Positions 60,206 to 64,000 of a DNA stretch of 64,000 bases are shown piece after piece. Where the stretch lies: contig OY970368.1 in the NCBI GenBank assembly GCA_963718615.1, forward strand, positions 2,112,001-2,176,000, in the 5' to 3' direction. The DNA comes from an uncultured cyanobacterium (GTDB lineage: Bacteria > Cyanobacteriota > Cyanobacteriia > PCC-9006 > JAAUQQ01). Under the pieces are notes generated by a model. The model made no database searches, had not been told where the DNA came from, and was given only the letters and a program-made list of their open reading frames with translations. The translations under genes and the position numbers were made by a program. Position 1 is the stretch's first letter, and every line of letters begins with the position of its first letter.

Positions 60206-62829
60206 GATGCACCGGAACAGGAGCTATAGGGTTTAAGACCAGACTGAGTCCCGAGATTCGGAACATTGGCGGAGAAGAAGACTTCGCCATGCTCATCCCT
60301 TACCCAGCCTTGGGCCGCGACGGGCGATCGTGCAACAGGTTCAGGGCTACCGGCTGGGTCTAGGGGTGCTGTGGCGACGGAGGGAGCAGAAGTCTCTTCT
60401 AGGTTTGCGAGAACGGTACTGCTGCGTAGAATATCGTTGGGGTTAGGGGGGAGACCGCCGAGGCCGGTGGCGTAGAATTTGTCTTTGGGAACAGGGCGTC
60501 CGGTGGGGCGGCAACCTTCGGCGAGGAGATCCGGGAGGCGAGTTTCGGGGAGATCGTCGAGCGATCGACTGGGGTCGATATCGAGGGCATTTACACTAAT
60601 ACTCCCATTGAGACCAAATTTTGAATCTGCATTAATATCATTAGTGGTTATTTTAATTGGACGTTCAGTAATACTAAAGAGACGTTTAGCTTCAATAAAA
60701 ATATTTCCACCATTACCTTCGAACGCATTAGCAATAATATCGCTATTGTTACGAGGTGTTCCGATTAAAAAAAGAGTTTCTAGTAAAATATCTCCTCCAT
60801 CGCCCCCCAAAAACTCTGAACCCGAATCCGTACGGATCAAACTATTCTTGCTTAAGACAATATATTCTTCTACACCCAGTAAGACATTTCCGCCTAGGCC
60901 ATTGAAGGTTGCCGCTTCAAGAGAACTGGACTGATCTAAAACTAATCTTCGAGCATCTATTACAACAGCACCGGCTTCACCCAAACGATTCACAGATTGA
61001 CCGTTCGCAGTACCTAAAAGTTCTTCCGCAGGGCCAAACCCAAGCTTGGAATTCACAGCAACAGCTTCTCCTGAGCTAAGGTTGTTAGCAGCAATCGTTC
61101 CATCATTGCTAACAATGATCCGATCCGCAAATAGGAAGATTAACCCTCCATTTCTAGCATCTTGCTGAGCATTGCTAAAAATCTCAGAGTTTTGATCAAG
61201 GAGAATGTCTCTACTGGCAATCAAAAAAACAATACCGCCAGAGCCTCTGCCGTCGGCAGTTGTACTAATTTTACTCTGATCACCTAGAGAGATAAACTCT
61301 CCTCCCACTAAGATAATCCCTGCGTTTCCTTCCGCATTCTCTTGAGAACGACTCTCTATTTCGCTAAGCCGATCTAAAATAATTCTATCCCTAGCACTAA
61401 TGTAAACAAATCCTGCATTACCAAATCCGGAAGTGCTTGTACTGATTTTGCTATTTTTTGACAACTCCAGTGAGCCAACCTCTACAATAATACGTCCCCC
61501 TTGATTGGTCTCAGCTATTCCTTGAATTGAAGCCTGAATGAGTGACTCTGAAGTAGCTAATAATCTTTCCGCACTGATTAAAATGCCGCCCGCGTCGCCA
61601 TTTGCACTCTCACTGACTCGACTGAAGACTCCGCTATTTTGCAGTGTTACAGAATCGCTAGCTCGAATGATTAATATCCCAGAGCTGCCATTACCATAAG
61701 TGGTGGTACTGATTTCTGAATTCTCAGAAAGAGTCACTGATTTGGCCACTAAAGCAATTGAGCCAAAAGGATAGTCATTTTGCTCAATTGCTTCAAAAAT
61801 ATTCTGTTGATTACCCGTCGCTCCAATATTAATATTGTTCTCGATTCGAGCAGAATCGCTTAGCTTAATAGCCTCTGTAGCGTCCAACAGAATAATTCCT
61901 GCTAAGCTATCTTCAGAACCATTAGAAGTGCCAGATGCTCCACAGCTTGAGCCATCGGAACCGATCCCGGCACACATGTACGTATTTTGACCGCTTACTT
62001 CAATATTGTGAGCAGAAATCAGAATACTTCCATTTCCACTTGCAACAACATCGGCGATCGCCCCCTCAGAAAACGTCACATCTGCCCTGGTTGAGCCTGG
62101 AGAAAATTCAGAGCCAAAAGAAACTTCCCCAGCACTGCCCATCGCAATTAAATCTAAAAGACCACCAGGCGCACGCAATACACCACCTCGAACATCGATC
62201 GCCCCACCTGCAAGACGTAGTGTCTCCGATTCCGGAACAATTAATTCCGCTCCCGGCTGAGTAGAAATAGCTTGAGGAATTTGGTTGTACAGAAACGCTG
62301 TTGGATTAATCGTAAGAAGATCTACCTGATTAGATGCCGTTGTTAAGTCAAACGAACCCACGCCATCAAACTCAATTCCTGTTGCCGTTGTAGCTGTAAA
62401 CGATCCCTGTAAATCCAGGCGTGCATTGGGGCCAAAAACAATGCCTGCGGGATTCATGAAAAACAGATCCGCCGCGCTTCCAGAAACGGAAAGCAACCCA
62501 TCAATATTGGAAACCTTTCCCCCCGTCACGCGACTGAAAATACTGCCTACACTTGGGTCAACTAAAAAACGAGTTTCAGCACCTGCACCTGAAAATGAAA
62601 ACTCGCTAAAACTGTGAAATAGATTGGCTCCCGCAGGCGTCCCACCGGTAATATCGCAGATTCCAGCTCCGCCACAGCCTCCCGTAGCCTGGGTTCCCAA
62701 CGATGTATCTGGGATAATCTGAGCCCTTGTTGGAAGCGCGATCGCCCCCCAACTCAACCAGATTCCCAGCCCAATTCCTGGAAGTCGACTCAATTGCAGA
62801 TCGCTTAATCTTTGCACTGTCCAATTCAT
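60202..62829 (-). CDS. Filamentous hemagglutinin N-terminal domain protein (TpsA)
   Basis: AQIIPD..LG, NLFHSF.EF, NPAGIVFGPNARLD.GSF, beta-helical repeats, TG.GGLP and AQGW C-terminal motifs. Confidence 0.9.
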   Translation of the reverse strand: MNWTVQRLSDLQLSRLPGIGLGIWLSWGAIALPTRAQIIPDTSLGTQATGGCGGAGICDITGGTPAGANLFHSFSEFSFSGAGAETRFLVDPSVGSIFSRVTGGKVSNIDGLLSVSGSAADLFFMNPAGIVFGPNARLDLQGSFTATTATGIEFDGVGSFDLTTASNQVDLLTINPTAFLYNQIPQAISTQPGAELIVPESETLRLAGGAIDVRGGVLRAPGGLLDLIAMGSAGEVSFGSEFSPGSTRADVTFSEGAIADVVASGNGSILISAHNIEVSGQNTYMCAGIGSDGSSCGASGTSNGSEDSLAGIILLDATEAIKLSDSARIENNINIGATGNQQNIFEAIEQNDYPFGSIALVAKSVTLSENSEISTTTYGNGSSGILIIRASDSVTLQNSGVFSRVSESANGDAGGILISAERLLATSESLIQASIQGIAETNQGGRIIVEVGSLELSKNSKISTSTSGFGNAGFVYISARDRIILDRLSEIESRSQENAEGNAGIILVGGEFISLGDQSKISTTADGRGSGGIVFLIASRDILLDQNSEIFSNAQQDARNGGLIFLFADRIIVSNDGTIAANNLSSGEAVAVNSKLGFGPAEELLGTANGQSVNRLGEAGAVVIDARRLVLDQSSSLEAATFNGLGGNVLLGVEEYIVLSKNSLIRTDSGSEFLGGDGGDILLETLFLIGTPRNNSDIIANAFEGNGGNIFIEAKRLFSITERPIKITTNDINADSKFGLNGSISVNALDIDPSRSLDDLPETRLPDLLAEGCRPTGRPVPKDKFYATGLGGLPPNPNDILRSSTVLANLEETSAPSVATAPLDPAGSPEPVARSPVAAQGWVRDEHGEVFFSANVPNLGTQSGLKPYSSCSGAS

Positions 62830-62992
62830 GAGCGAACCCTTGTGCCTGATTGGAACTCGCAATAAGGAAGCGCAATATATCGTGTATCTAGCACGAGATG
62901 GGCACAATCCTTTTGCGGAACAAAATCAGTATATCAGCGTAGACTAATAAGATAAAGGGTGTTGAAATATCCAGTAATATCCGCATAATGAC

Positions 62993-63418
62993 TCAATCTA
63001 ATGGGGCGTGCTGACCGCCTCGCTGTATCCAAACCACGATGAATATACCTAGGCCACAGCCCAAGGCGTAGTACAAAAAGTCCCAACTGTGAAACGTACT
63101 GCCCAGCAGCAACTTTCCTGGCAACGTCGCCCGAATGGCCTGAAGCCAAGCCGGTTGCCAGAGTTGCAACACCTCCACGCCACTCGTCACTCCAAACACC
63201 CACAGTCCGACCCGGAGGGGCACAAGGCGCGGGTTCAAAATCATGATAAAAAAGATCCAGGCCATCTCAAATAAAATATCCCCCGCCGATCCCTGGACCC
63301 AGCCTTCTCCAGGACCATTGTAGATTTTTGTCCAGAGGCCCAAGGGAATGGTCACCACGAGGGCCAGGGCATAGCACAGACGGATTGTTTGGGGGGTGGA
63401 GCGTTGAGGTTTGCTCAT
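62993..63418 (-). CDS. DUF2809 family membrane protein
   Basis: GD.L, VE.LQL, IRATL.G.LLLGSTF...D...Y..G. Confidence 0.75.
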   Translation of the reverse strand: MSKPQRSTPQTIRLCYALALVVTIPLGLWTKIYNGPGEGWVQGSAGDILFEMAWIFFIMILNPRLVPLRVGLWVFGVTSGVEVLQLWQPAWLQAIRATLPGKLLLGSTFHSWDFLYYALGCGLGIFIVVWIQRGGQHAPLD

Positions 63419-63445
63419 TGTGCCTACAGATTGCTTACCCATTGC

Positions 63446-64000
63446 CTAGAGTTCTTGACGGTATTCGTCGCCACAATCGCCAATGAGACGATAGAGATCC
63501 TGAGCGCGATCGCAAACCATTCTCAACTTCGCATAATCCAACTCATCCAAGCGAAACTCAAACACCCGCTGATTTTCTACCCGATGCTCCTGCACACCCA
63601 ATCGCGCCCCCACAATCACCCCTGCCACCGCTGATTGTTCTAATACCCAGCGCACTGCCACATTGGCCAGCGTGACATTGTGCTTTTCGGCAATCCCTGC
63701 CACCGCTCGCAATAGCTCCTGAAATAACTCCCAACCGCCCCAGGTATCAATCATGCGCTTGTATTTGCGCAGCGAGGCGGTGCGCAACTGCAAATCGTGG
63801 GGTTCTGGCTGATTCAAATAGGTTTCCGACAGGAGCCCGCCACAAAGCGCCCCATAGGCAAGCAAATGAACATCATGAGCACGGCAAAACGGCACCAGTT
63901 TCATCAGCGGTCGCTGATCCACCAAGGAAAACTGAACCTGATTCGTGATGATCGGGATGCCGTGATCCAACAGAAAACAGAGGTGGTCCGTATCGAAATT
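63446..64000 (-). CDS. Aldo/keto reductase (5' part lies outside the window)
   Basis: NFDT, NQVQFSLVDQRP, LLAYG.LCGGLLS, VA.RWVL, GDCGDEYR. Confidence 0.88.
   Translation of the reverse strand, partial: NFDTDHLCFLLDHGIPIITNQVQFSLVDQRPLMKLVPFCRAHDVHLLAYGALCGGLLSETYLNQPEPHDLQLRTASLRKYKRMIDTWGGWELFQELLRAVAGIAEKHNVTLANVAVRWVLEQSAVAGVIVGARLGVQEHRVENQRVFEFRLDELDYAKLRMVCDRAQDLYRLIGDCGDEYRQEL

Overview
Cyanobacterial chromosomal DNA (dense HIP1 GCGATCGC sites, cyanobacteria-typical gene families). Bases 1-31.2 kb form a plastic surface-glycan/TPR-glycosyltransferase locus. A ~240-400 bp element (octamer-repeat hairpin leader plus the first 30-90 codons of a TPR-GT32 gene) occurs five times, and each copy has a toxin-antitoxin or defence-type module on its left (Rpn twice, DUF433/DUF5615, UPF0175/DUF3368, DUF5674 pair). 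The locus also holds a ~2.5 kb segmental duplication (Uma2-Rpn), xisH/xisI, and a ~10 kb AT-rich, HIP1-poor glycan island whose two ends fall inside genes. Two TPR ORFs are joined by a candidate dnaX-type -1 frameshift signal (AGGGGG-10 nt-A_AAA_AAG). Bases 31.7-48.8 kb are core-like: ABC permease, CobW with a candidate Zur box, rcaE-rcaF-rcaC chromatic acclimation genes, tocopherol cyclase and an RND pump. Bases 48.9-62.9 kb carry a sigma factor/DUF1822/CHAT-CHASE2/DUF928/CHAT/TpsB/TpsA cluster. No rRNA, tRNA, CRISPR array or integrase was seen. All family assignments come from motif recognition by eye, not from database searches.
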